Source of the DNA: an uncultured Candidatus Saccharibacteria bacterium
Lineage (GTDB): Bacteria; Patescibacteriota; Saccharimonadia; Saccharimonadales; UBA7683
Length of the DNA: 64,000 bases
NCBI GenBank assembly: GCA_964632215.1
Contig: CAZWBG010000001.1
Span: 313,336-377,335 of the forward strand
Reading direction: 5' to 3'
The notes under the pieces are model-generated. The model saw only the letters and a list, made by a program, of their open reading frames with translations, had not been told where the DNA came from and made no database searches. Below, one piece after another: positions 46,678 to 54,052 of the stretch; positions within the stretch are counted from its first letter, which is position 1, and each line of letters opens with the position of its first letter. The position numbers were made by a program, and so were the translations under genes.

Positions 46678-47562
46678 TTAAGGGTGTAGTTTTCCGAGAG
46701 CTTTGGCTTGTTCACTCATTACCTCTAAAGCTGTTTCCAGCAAGTCCTTTTCGTCCTTCTGCGGATGCTTCGAGATACTCTCCGAGGGGGACGCCATGAT
46801 CGTCTGGATGGCAGTTGCAAGAACGGGGATGACCTGCTCTCTTGTTGCCTCGACCTCGGCCTCTTTTCGAATCATGTCTCGGTATGCTTCGAGTGATAGA
46901 GAGACTGATGATTTGAATCCGTACTCTTCACGGTATCGCTTGGCTTTGGAGAATTGCCTTGTCGAGAGGACAACCCAATAGACCACAGGTGCGCCAATCA
47001 AGAGCTTACGGACAATTAGCTGAGGACTGATGTCTTGACCAGCAGTTGCATCTTGAAACCAGAGTGCAAGCACAAGGCTTACGGCTAGTGCAATAGCGGT
47101 CGAAACGCACCACAGTAGGGCGCTCTTTCTGTATCGTTCCTGAGCTTCATCGAATGCGTGAAATAGGCCAGCTGCAGTCGCAGTTTTGAGTAGGGCAGTA
47201 ACGGTCTCTTCCTGACCCTTCACCTCAACTGCAACCGCCTGAGCCTCCTGCACTAGCGTAGCAGTCTCCTTCTCAAGTGTTTCTTGAGTGATCTGGGCCT
47301 GCTCCTGAGCCTTCTTTGCTTTCGTGATCTCCTCTTCGAGACTCTGCCGTCGGGTTTCTAGGTCAGCGTGAAGCTGTTCGACCTGAGCCCTCGACACGTC
47401 CGTCTTGTTGAAGTTAGCTTCGGTTTCTGATGCCTTTTGCGCACTACTGGAGACTGTCTGCTCGAGTTCGGTCTTGAGTTCTTCTATCCTGGCCTTCAAA
47501 TCAGCAACCTGCTGAACCTGGGTTTTCCAAAGTCGTTGTGCGTCTCGTGTAGTGGTACTCAT
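46678..47562 (-). CDS. coiled-coil protein with a central 2-TM hairpin
   Basis: The N-terminal 130 aa show a heptad-like E/K/Q-rich pattern, followed by two TM helices (LLWCVSTAIALAVSLVLALWF, LLIGAPVVYWVVL). Confidence 0.55.
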   Translation of the reverse strand: MSTTTRDAQRLWKTQVQQVADLKARIEELKTELEQTVSSSAQKASETEANFNKTDVSRAQVEQLHADLETRRQSLEEEITKAKKAQEQAQITQETLEKETATLVQEAQAVAVEVKGQEETVTALLKTATAAGLFHAFDEAQERYRKSALLWCVSTAIALAVSLVLALWFQDATAGQDISPQLIVRKLLIGAPVVYWVVLSTRQFSKAKRYREEYGFKSSVSLSLEAYRDMIRKEAEVEATREQVIPVLATAIQTIMASPSESISKHPQKDEKDLLETALEVMSEQAKALGKLHP

Positions 47563-47636
47563 CTTGAATACAATTGTGACTCTATGAATTCAGAAAGGCA
47601 AGCATAAGCATATTGTCGCCTGTCTCGTTCTATGAG

Positions 47637-47690
47637 TCACCGGTACACCCCACCCCTGGTAGGAAAATGGGAAAGAAGGTGTACCGGTGA
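47637..47690. repeat. perfect 13-bp inverted repeat TCACCGGTACACC / GGTGTACCGGTGA (28-nt spacer)
   Basis: A third copy of the TCACCGGTACA core lies at 47768-47778. All are upstream of the 47562 operon start. Confidence 0.75.
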
Positions 47691-47781
47691 CCGAAGAGAG
47701 GAGACAGCTCGAACCCTGATAACAGGGGTCGTAGTCCATCGGCAGATTCTCAAGTCAAGGCCGAACCTGTACCGGTGAACG

Positions 47782-47808
47782 CAAAACAGAGGTCTCTGAC
47801 CTCTGTTA
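47782..47808 (-). terminator. intrinsic terminator of tRNA-Gly
   Basis: ACAGAGGTC-N3-GACCTCTGT with a U-run on the minus strand. It mirrors 48249-48273. Confidence 0.7.
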
Positions 47809-47830
47809 GTAATAATGGTTATCGTTATCG

Positions 47831-47906
47831 TGGTGCGGGTAAGGAGACTCTAACTCCTGGCCTCTTCCTTGGCAAGGAAGCGCTCTAACAACTGAGCTAT
47901 ACCCGC
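47831..47906 (-). tRNA. tRNA-Gly(GCC), CCA encoded
   Basis: Cloverleaf with anticodon loop TTGCCAA. The T-loop is TTAGAGT and position 19 is U, which looks like a U19-A56 swap of the usual G19-C56 pair. Confidence 0.8.
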
Positions 47907-48015
47907 ATGTCAGGCGATATTATACGGAAAGTATCCGTTGTATTCAAGGTGTATGGTGTCTAAGGGCTAGTTTTGTTAAGATAAGAGCCGACGTATAATG
48001 CGTTTTATCAAATAT

Positions 48016-48089
48016 GGCGCCGTGGCCGAGTGGTTAGGCAGGGCTCTGCAAAAGCTCGTACACCGGTTCAAATCCGGTCGGTGCCTCCA
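48016..48089 (+). tRNA. tRNA-Cys(GCA)
   Basis: Acceptor GGCGCCG/CGGTGCC, anticodon loop CTGCAAA. Confidence 0.85.
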
Positions 48090-48135
48090 AATACAACTTT
48101 GCAAATCAGTAGGTTGTATCTATAATTTTTGATAC

Positions 48136-48224
48136 GGGCGAGTGGCGGAATTTGGTATACGCGGTGGACTTAAAATCCGCTGGTTGAATAAACCTTGAGG
48201 GTTCAAGTCCCTCCTCGCCCACCA
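48136..48224 (+). tRNA. tRNA-Leu(TAA), long variable arm
   Basis: Acceptor GGGCGAG/CTCGCCC, anticodon loop CTTAAAA. Confidence 0.85.
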
Positions 48225-48248
48225 ATGAGAATCAGTCTCAAACCCCTA

Positions 48249-48273
48249 ACAGAGGTCACAGACCTCTGTTTTG
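48249..48273 (+). terminator. intrinsic terminator of the tRNA-Cys/Leu unit
   Basis: ACAGAGGTC-aca-GACCTCTGT followed by TTTT. Confidence 0.7.
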
Positions 48274-48501
48274 CATGCTCCGATACACCCCAGCCCGCTT
48301 GAGATTTCAGCCGATACACACTCTTACCCCTGTTGAGGGTGCTTTAATCCTTACCTATCATAGGGTACGAGGTTTTTAGTTGCACTTAGTCACATTTGAA
48401 TTGCTGACTGCAACAGGTTACAGCATACCGCTATTCTATAACTTGTATTTCCATCATCTGTTAAAGGTCAGACCTTCCCAATCCCAAGTAAGTTATAATT
48501 A

Positions 48502-50646
48502 ATGGTAATGAAAAAGCTTTCTCTCAAACTAGAAAATACATACGGCATTCGAAAGCTAGAACACACTTTTAACTTTGAAGACCATAAGGCATACGCGATT
48601 TATGCCACAAATGGCTCAATGAAAACATCCTTCACTAAGACATTCAACGACCTTGGTGCAGGAAGAGCCTCTTCGGATCTTATCTTTCCCGAGAGAACTA
48701 CAGTTCGTGAAGTTATGGACGAGGCAGGAGAACTCGATGCAAGTAAGATTTTTGTAGTTGAACCTTACAACGAAGGCTACTCATCTGAGAAAACTTCTAC
48801 TCTGTTGGTAAACAAAGAACTCAAAGAACAATACGACAAGATATGGTCGGATATAAAAAGCCTTGAAGACGAGCTTTTAAAGAAACTAAAGAAACCATCA
48901 GGTCTGACAAAAGATATAGACGATGAGGTATCAAGAGTTTTTATTAGTACAGAAGGAAAGTTTCTAGAAGCAATTCAGCGTATAAATGGCGAGGTTAACG
49001 ATGGCAAAGCGCCAGTTTTTAGTGATGTTTCATACAAGATACTATTTCATGGCAAAGTCCTCAAAGTACTTGGAGACATACAGCCAGAACTCGGGGAATA
49101 CATAGCCCGATACAATGAATTAGTCGACGTTTCTAAATACTTCAAGAGAGGTGTCTTCAACCATACCAACGCTACAGTAATTGCCGATGCACTGGTAAAG
49201 AATGGTTTTTTTGATGCGTCACACACTGTTACATTGTCGGATGGCAGCAGTATTTCCAATAAGAATGAACTACAGGAAATTATTGAGAGCGAACTACAGG
49301 AGATACTAAAAGATGAGAAGTTGCGCAAAGCCTTCGATAAAATTGACAAAAAATTGACAGGAAATCAGGATTTAAAAGATTTCCGCGAATACATTACGGA
49401 ACACCCAGAGCTTATACCGGAGCTTGCTAATGTAGGTCATTTCAAACAGCGGGTCTGGGTTGATTACTTCAAGGTATGTCTAGCCGATTTTAATAATCTT
49501 GCTACCGCACACACTGATGCCAAGAAAGAACTCGACAGCATAAGAGAACGTGCTAATGAAGAGCGTACACGCTGGGCTGAGGTAGTTGAACTTTTCAACC
49601 AGAGGTTTGTGGTACCATTTACTCTTTCTGTAGATAACCAAGACGACGTAATACTTGATGATATTTTGCCGTCATTGAGTTTCACATTCAACGATGGCGA
49701 TAGCAAGCCTGTAAAGCGGGATGACCTTCTAAAAGTTCTTAGTACGGGAGAAAAGAAAGCACTCTATATTCTTAACATTTTGTTCGAAGTAGAAGCGCGA
49801 CTAGATTTAAAACAAGAAACTCTTATGATTGTTGACGATATAGCCGATTCGTTCGACTATAAAAATAAGTATGCAATCATTGAATATCTTAAAGATATTT
49901 CCGAGAAAGAAGGGTTCTATCAGATTATCCTCACGCATAATTTCGACTTCTTTAGAACCATTCAGTCTAGATACCCTGTTTCACGAGATTGTTGTTTTAT
50001 GGTCAATAAAGATGGTGTTGGAATAGAGCTGGTTAAGGCAGAGTATGTCGAAAACCCTTTCAAGTACTTCCTGAGTAACACGAAGGATGACGCAAAGCTA
50101 CTAGCCTTAGTTCCGTTTGTACGAAATGTAGTTGAGTACAATACCAGCGACACTACAAACTTTGACTTACTAACATCTACCCTTCACGTTAAGGACAATT
50201 CGAACACTGTAGCTGTGAGCGAAGTGAAGAGAATAATCAAAGAAGTTTTCGGCAAAGACATCACAGTTAATGATGATAGCAAGGCAGTAGCCAACCTGTT
50301 TATTGAGACTGCCGATGCTTTCGATAGGGACGGTAATCTTGGTCTTGAAGGGAAGATTGTAGTCTCGGTTGCAACTAGGCTAAAAGCCGAGATGTTTATG
50401 ATTAAAGAAATTAACGATGATGCTTTCGTGAAAGGTATCAACAGCAACCAGACCAGAGCGCTTGCAGATAAGTACACTACTGATAATTCTGACAAGGAAA
50501 GTGAAGTTGCAATTATCAAGAAGGTCAACTTAATTACGCCTCAGAACATACACCTAAACTCTTTTATGTATGAGCCAATCTTAGATATGTCCGACGATGA
50601 ACTTAAAGGTCTGTACGAACAGGTATCTGCTCTTCAAACAGTCTAG
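48502..50646 (+). CDS. AAA_13-type ABC/SMC-like ATPase, PrrC/RloC-like architecture
   Basis: Degenerate Walker A (YATNGSMKTSF), a long helical insert, signature LSTGEKKALYIL, Walker B LMIVDDIADSFD. The tail has VRNVVEY and HLNSFMY, which resemble the PrrC-family tail motifs. Confidence 0.65.
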   Translation: MVMKKLSLKLENTYGIRKLEHTFNFEDHKAYAIYATNGSMKTSFTKTFNDLGAGRASSDLIFPERTTVREVMDEAGELDASKIFVVEPYNEGYSSEKTSTLLVNKELKEQYDKIWSDIKSLEDELLKKLKKPSGLTKDIDDEVSRVFISTEGKFLEAIQRINGEVNDGKAPVFSDVSYKILFHGKVLKVLGDIQPELGEYIARYNELVDVSKYFKRGVFNHTNATVIADALVKNGFFDASHTVTLSDGSSISNKNELQEIIESELQEILKDEKLRKAFDKIDKKLTGNQDLKDFREYITEHPELIPELANVGHFKQRVWVDYFKVCLADFNNLATAHTDAKKELDSIRERANEERTRWAEVVELFNQRFVVPFTLSVDNQDDVILDDILPSLSFTFNDGDSKPVKRDDLLKVLSTGEKKALYILNILFEVEARLDLKQETLMIVDDIADSFDYKNKYAIIEYLKDISEKEGFYQIILTHNFDFFRTIQSRYPVSRDCCFMVNKDGVGIELVKAEYVENPFKYFLSNTKDDAKLLALVPFVRNVVEYNTSDTTNFDLLTSTLHVKDNSNTVAVSEVKRIIKEVFGKDITVNDDSKAVANLFIETADAFDRDGNLGLEGKIVVSVATRLKAEMFMIKEINDDAFVKGINSNQTRALADKYTTDNSDKESEVAIIKKVNLITPQNIHLNSFMYEPILDMSDDELKGLYEQVSALQTV

Positions 50647-50675
50647 ATCTAGTAAGGTGCAATAGAACGAGCTTG

Positions 50676-51842
50676 TTATGCGGCAATAGGAGCAGGCACA
50701 AAATACTCTTGGAGATGTTGGTTGTAACGAAAATACTCATAAAGTATGTTTTGCGTACGCTCTAGGCTAAGGTTTCCCTCTACAAGAAATAGCTTGTGCC
50801 TTTTACCAATCTTAGATCCAGGATCACGTCCCTTCATTACGATTTTATAATGAGCATCATATTCATCCAGACTAAACACTCTAACTGCTCCATCCACGTG
50901 GGAGATAGTTTCGCTAGCTTGGTCAAATACAAAGTGTGCAAATTTTTGAATGCAATACTTCTCTCCGAAGCCAGGCGTGATTTTTCCTTTAAAGCTTGGG
51001 TCGATCTTAGGCGTGAACTCTTCAATCGTAAATTGCCGAAGACCTTTGTCCATCATGTTGCTACGGAAGATTGTAAACGCCACAGGGTAGCTAGAAAAGT
51101 TATAGTTATCTGTACGATGAATTGTAAATAATTCTTTTTTGTCTACGCTCATCAGGATATTTTCGTTAAACGGCTTTCCGTGCCAATGGTCAGCCTCGAA
51201 AATATTTTGATAAAAACGAGGCTCTGTATACGATCTAAGGGGGTCCAGTCTTAGTTTTACGGCTAGACCATTCTTGATGCAATCAGAAAGAATTACCAGC
51301 ATGTCTACAAAGTTTGCTGAATAATATCTACGTAGAAATTGATGAGGGTAAATCAGCTTGTCGTTAGACACTATCAAGCCATGTTTCCTAAGTTCAAAAC
51401 TAGAAGACGATACATCAACTAGGAGATCGCTCTTATAGGCTAGTCCCAACTTATCCAGTAAATGAACGTCATCCAAGTTCTTAATGTTTTCGTCAATCTT
51501 TGGCATGTACGTAGAACATAGAATTACAACTAGCCACTTAGCCAGCAGGCTATTATCCAAGTGACCGTTCTTATCTTTGGCAAACCATAGAGCTTGACGT
51601 AGGCTTTCGTCAGTAACGCTTTCCTCGTGTATATCAGCTTGACCTAGCTTAGCTGAAATAATCGATATAAGACCCGAGTAATCTGTAGTTAGGCTATCTC
51701 CCTCGATGGCTTTTCCAGAATAAAACTGGATTAAGGTCATGGGGAGTAGATTTCTGTTGATAATATGTCGTGTTAAAGACTTAACAATTTTTATTGTTTC
51801 ATCTGAGTTCTTTAGATTGGTATACAGTTCATCTAGGCTCAT
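50676..51842 (-). CDS. hypothetical protein (388 aa), convergent with the ATPase
   Basis: Long low-GC ORF with no recognised motif. Confidence 0.55.
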   Translation of the reverse strand: MSLDELYTNLKNSDETIKIVKSLTRHIINRNLLPMTLIQFYSGKAIEGDSLTTDYSGLISIISAKLGQADIHEESVTDESLRQALWFAKDKNGHLDNSLLAKWLVVILCSTYMPKIDENIKNLDDVHLLDKLGLAYKSDLLVDVSSSSFELRKHGLIVSNDKLIYPHQFLRRYYSANFVDMLVILSDCIKNGLAVKLRLDPLRSYTEPRFYQNIFEADHWHGKPFNENILMSVDKKELFTIHRTDNYNFSSYPVAFTIFRSNMMDKGLRQFTIEEFTPKIDPSFKGKITPGFGEKYCIQKFAHFVFDQASETISHVDGAVRVFSLDEYDAHYKIVMKGRDPGSKIGKRHKLFLVEGNLSLERTQNILYEYFRYNQHLQEYFVPAPIAA

Positions 51843-51892
51843 ACATCAATTCTAAACCTACCGAGCTGAAAGCCGCCTGTTATTATTAGAGT

Positions 51893-52613
51893 ATGCCAGA
51901 TATAACAGAGCCTACAAAAGAAGAAGTAGAAGCCGTAATTGCAGGCGGAGATCTGAACAGCCTCCTAAATAAACAGGAGACTTCTTGGTTTGAATTCCGT
52001 GAAAAGCACTATGCAACCACCTCACCTGAGCCAGGTGGCTCCAAGGCAAAATACGAGCTTGCGAAAGACTGTTCCTCAATCGCCAATTCAGGAGGAGGTT
52101 ATATTTTTATTGGTCTCAAACCAGCGATAAGTGAAAGCTAAATGACCGAGTATGTTACCGCCGTTCCAGGAATTAAAAAGACGGACATCAACCTAACATC
52201 TTGGCGTGATTCGCTCATGCACGCATTAACGCCACGGTTTTCATTGGAAGATATAGAACACGGCTACATCGATATTGATGACTTCTCTGTAGTCCAAAAA
52301 GCAAAGCTTATCGAGCTACGTAAAATTATCCGTGAGACACTACCAGGTACAGACGAAGACCTTAAATGGGGTGCACCAGCCACGTTAGATAGAGACGGTA
52401 TGATCTTGGTAGTCTTTTCTGGCCATAAGCAACACATGAACTTAGTCTGTACACCAAGCACAAAAAAGCTTTTGAAAAAGATTTGGCAGATTTCGAAACT
52501 GGTAAGGGTTCAATTAAATTACCCTACGACAAGTCTTTACCTGAAGCCTTATCAAAAAAGTAGTAAAGTATCGAGCCGATGAGTACCGCAATCACGGTGT
52601 TAAGTGGATGTAG
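51893..52613 (+). pseudogene. composite pseudogene: AlbA_2 (Schlafen-type) N-terminal fragment fused to a DUF1801 remnant
   Basis: WFEFREK...IANSGGGYIFIG is AlbA_2-like. There is an in-frame TAA at 52139-52141. From about 52285 the sequence aligns to the intact DUF1801 paralog at 57582-57944. A frameshift sits in the A6 run 52462-52467. Confidence 0.6.
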
Positions 52614-52640
52614 ATATTAGTAGATAATATTTTCGTCGCT

Positions 52641-52730
52641 ATTACGTCTGGTTGGTTCAGGTATGGTGAGGCTACCACCTTCAGCTAACCATACAAAAAG
52701 TTCAAGTAAATTCTGTAGCTCCGCATCAAC
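52641..52730. repeat. intergenic repeat family, copy A
   Basis: Shares ...ccatacaaaaagttYaagtaWattctgtag... with copies B and C. The minus strand reads as a peptide remnant: DAELQNLLELFVWLAEGGSLTIPEPT. Confidence 0.6.
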
Positions 52731-52735
52731 TAAAG

Positions 52736-52759
52736 AATCCTGTCAAGCGCAGGATTTTT
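52736..52759 (+). terminator. intrinsic terminator
   Basis: AATCCTG-tcaagcg-CAGGATT followed by TTT. Confidence 0.6.
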
Positions 52760-52770
52760 AGTTGATCTTG

Positions 52771-52882
52771 GGCTGACGAGCCGCAAACTCCGTCAAGTGA
52801 TCCGCCCAGGCGGAGAACGGGTAGTTTGGCGAAGCGAGCACGCCATAGCGGAGGAGCGAAGCGCGTCTCCTTACCCGCACCA
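52771..52882 (+). other. GC-rich structured element ending in an 18-nt copy of the tRNA-Gly(GCC) 3' end
   Basis: 52865-52882 (GTCTCCTTACCCGCACCA) is identical to the T-stem, acceptor and CCA of the tRNA-Gly at 47831-47906, in the opposite orientation. Upstream ACGGGTA can pair with TACCCG(C). Several GC hairpins are present. Confidence 0.55.
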
Positions 52883-52895
52883 AGTAGGTCAATTC

Positions 52896-52916
52896 GGACA
52901 CTCCGGCGTCCTTTTT
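52896..52916 (+). terminator. probable intrinsic terminator
   Basis: GGACAC-tccg-GCGTCC followed by T5. Confidence 0.5.
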
Positions 52917-52975
52917 AGTGTTGTTAGCCTGTGTTAAAATTAGTTAGGATAAACTTAATAAAAAGGAGTATAGGA

Positions 52976-53365
52976 ATGGCTAAATATATCGATGGATTTG
53001 TACTTGTAGTGCCTAAAGGAAAAGAAGCTGAGTACCAAAAAATGGCAGAAGAAGGGCGAGATTCTTGGATGAAGCATGGTGCGCTTCAATACTTTGAATG
53101 TAGAGGTGATGATCTTAAACAGCAGGAAATGGGTGACCAAAAATCACGATCTTTTGAGGAGATGGCTGGCGCTAACGGGAATGAAAATGTCTGGTTTTCA
53201 TTCATTGTTTTCGAATCAAAAGAGCACCGCGATGAGGTAAACAAGAAAGTTATGGCTGAGATGGATGAATCATATAGCGATCAGACTGACTTTGAAATGC
53301 CGAACGATATGAAGAAAATGGCGTACGGAGGATTTGAAGTAGCAGTTGAAGGTCAAAAGGCTTAG
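52976..53365 (+). CDS. DUF1428 family protein
   Basis: Begins MAKYIDGFVLVVPKGKEAEYQKMAEE...HGALQYFEC. AAGGAG RBS. Confidence 0.65.
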   Translation: MAKYIDGFVLVVPKGKEAEYQKMAEEGRDSWMKHGALQYFECRGDDLKQQEMGDQKSRSFEEMAGANGNENVWFSFIVFESKEHRDEVNKKVMAEMDESYSDQTDFEMPNDMKKMAYGGFEVAVEGQKA

Positions 53366-53421
53366 TTTGCCGAACCTTTTCTGTACTTTGTCGCTTCCCA
53401 CCTAGCTTTGGGAGTATAAAA

Positions 53422-53480
53422 CTACCGCCTTCAACTACCCATACAAAAAGTTTAAGTATATTCTGTAGAGTTGCACCGAT
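53422..53480. repeat. intergenic repeat family, copy B
   Basis: ctaccgccttcaactacccatacaaaaagtttaagtatattctgtagagttgcaccgat. Confidence 0.6.
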
Positions 53481-53532
53481 TTAGTCAATCTGTCGAATAT
53501 GCCGTTAAGTGTGTTTTTGTTATTATAAGCAT

Positions 53533-53733
53533 ATGAATACACCATTACCAACAAGCATAGGACGGCCAGCAACGAGTGCACTTGAAGCTGCGAATATTAC
53601 TAGCCTTGAAGATTTAAGTAGAATGACCGAAAAAGAACTTGCAAATCTTCATGGTGTAGGACCGAAAGCAATTGGCATATTGAAGCAATGTTTAGATGAA
53701 AATAAAATGTGTCTACTAACGCTAAAAGTATGA
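53533..53733 (+). CDS. small helix-hairpin-helix DNA-binding protein
   Basis: LEDLSRMTEKELANLHGVGPKAIGIL is an HhH motif. Confidence 0.5.
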   Translation: MNTPLPTSIGRPATSALEAANITSLEDLSRMTEKELANLHGVGPKAIGILKQCLDENKMCLLTLKV

Positions 53734-53911
53734 AGCCTAAAAAAGCCGAGTTAAAGGAAAAGTTGTAGACGGACAGCCTGACGGTTACTGGGAGTGGTAT
53801 CGTCTTGATGGGATGCTAAAGCGTTCTGGCCACTTTAAATTAGGTGAAGCGATCGGTGAATGGACTACCTATAGTGATAAAGGCGAGGTTTATAAAGTAA
53901 CTAATAGATAA
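53730..53911 (+). pseudogene. MORN/YwqK-like repeat protein, frameshifted in the A6 run 53739-53744
   Basis: The downstream frame reads VVDGQPDGYWEWYRLDGMLKRSGHFKLGEAIGEWTTY. One extra A would join it to ATG 53730. Confidence 0.5.
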
Positions 53912-53926
53912 TCTTATTTTTTTATT

Positions 53927-54018
53927 ATTAGTCGGTTCGGGTAGTTTCAGTGAAGGTCGGTCTGCATCAATAATGATCCACTCAGAAAGTTTAAGTATAT
54001 TCTGTAGCTCCGCACCAA
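53927..54018. repeat. intergenic repeat family, copy C
   Basis: attagtcggttcgggtagtttcagtgaagg...cagaaagtttaagtatattctgtagctccgcacc. Confidence 0.6.
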
Positions 54019-54052
54019 TTTACTGCATAATCATTGGGTGCCTATTGGTTGG

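Noticed and set aside
52774-52781. CUGACGAG match that looked like a fourth hammerhead core
   Set aside because: No stem II hairpin followed by GAAA, and no stem I/III partners or NUH site can be drawn around it.
52771-52882. GC-rich element as tmRNA, SRP RNA or a genuine tRNA
   Set aside because: The 5' end cannot pair with the 3' acceptor strand as a tmRNA would. There is no SRP GGAA/AGCA domain IV motif. Only about 66 nt can be folded as tRNA-like, with no anticodon arm and a 10-nt T-loop.
52641-54018. Interpreting the three-copy repeat as integron attC sites
   Set aside because: The copies are not consistent imperfect palindromes. Copy C lacks the 5' arm, there are no RYYYAAC/GTTRRRY boxes, and there is no intI gene in the window.
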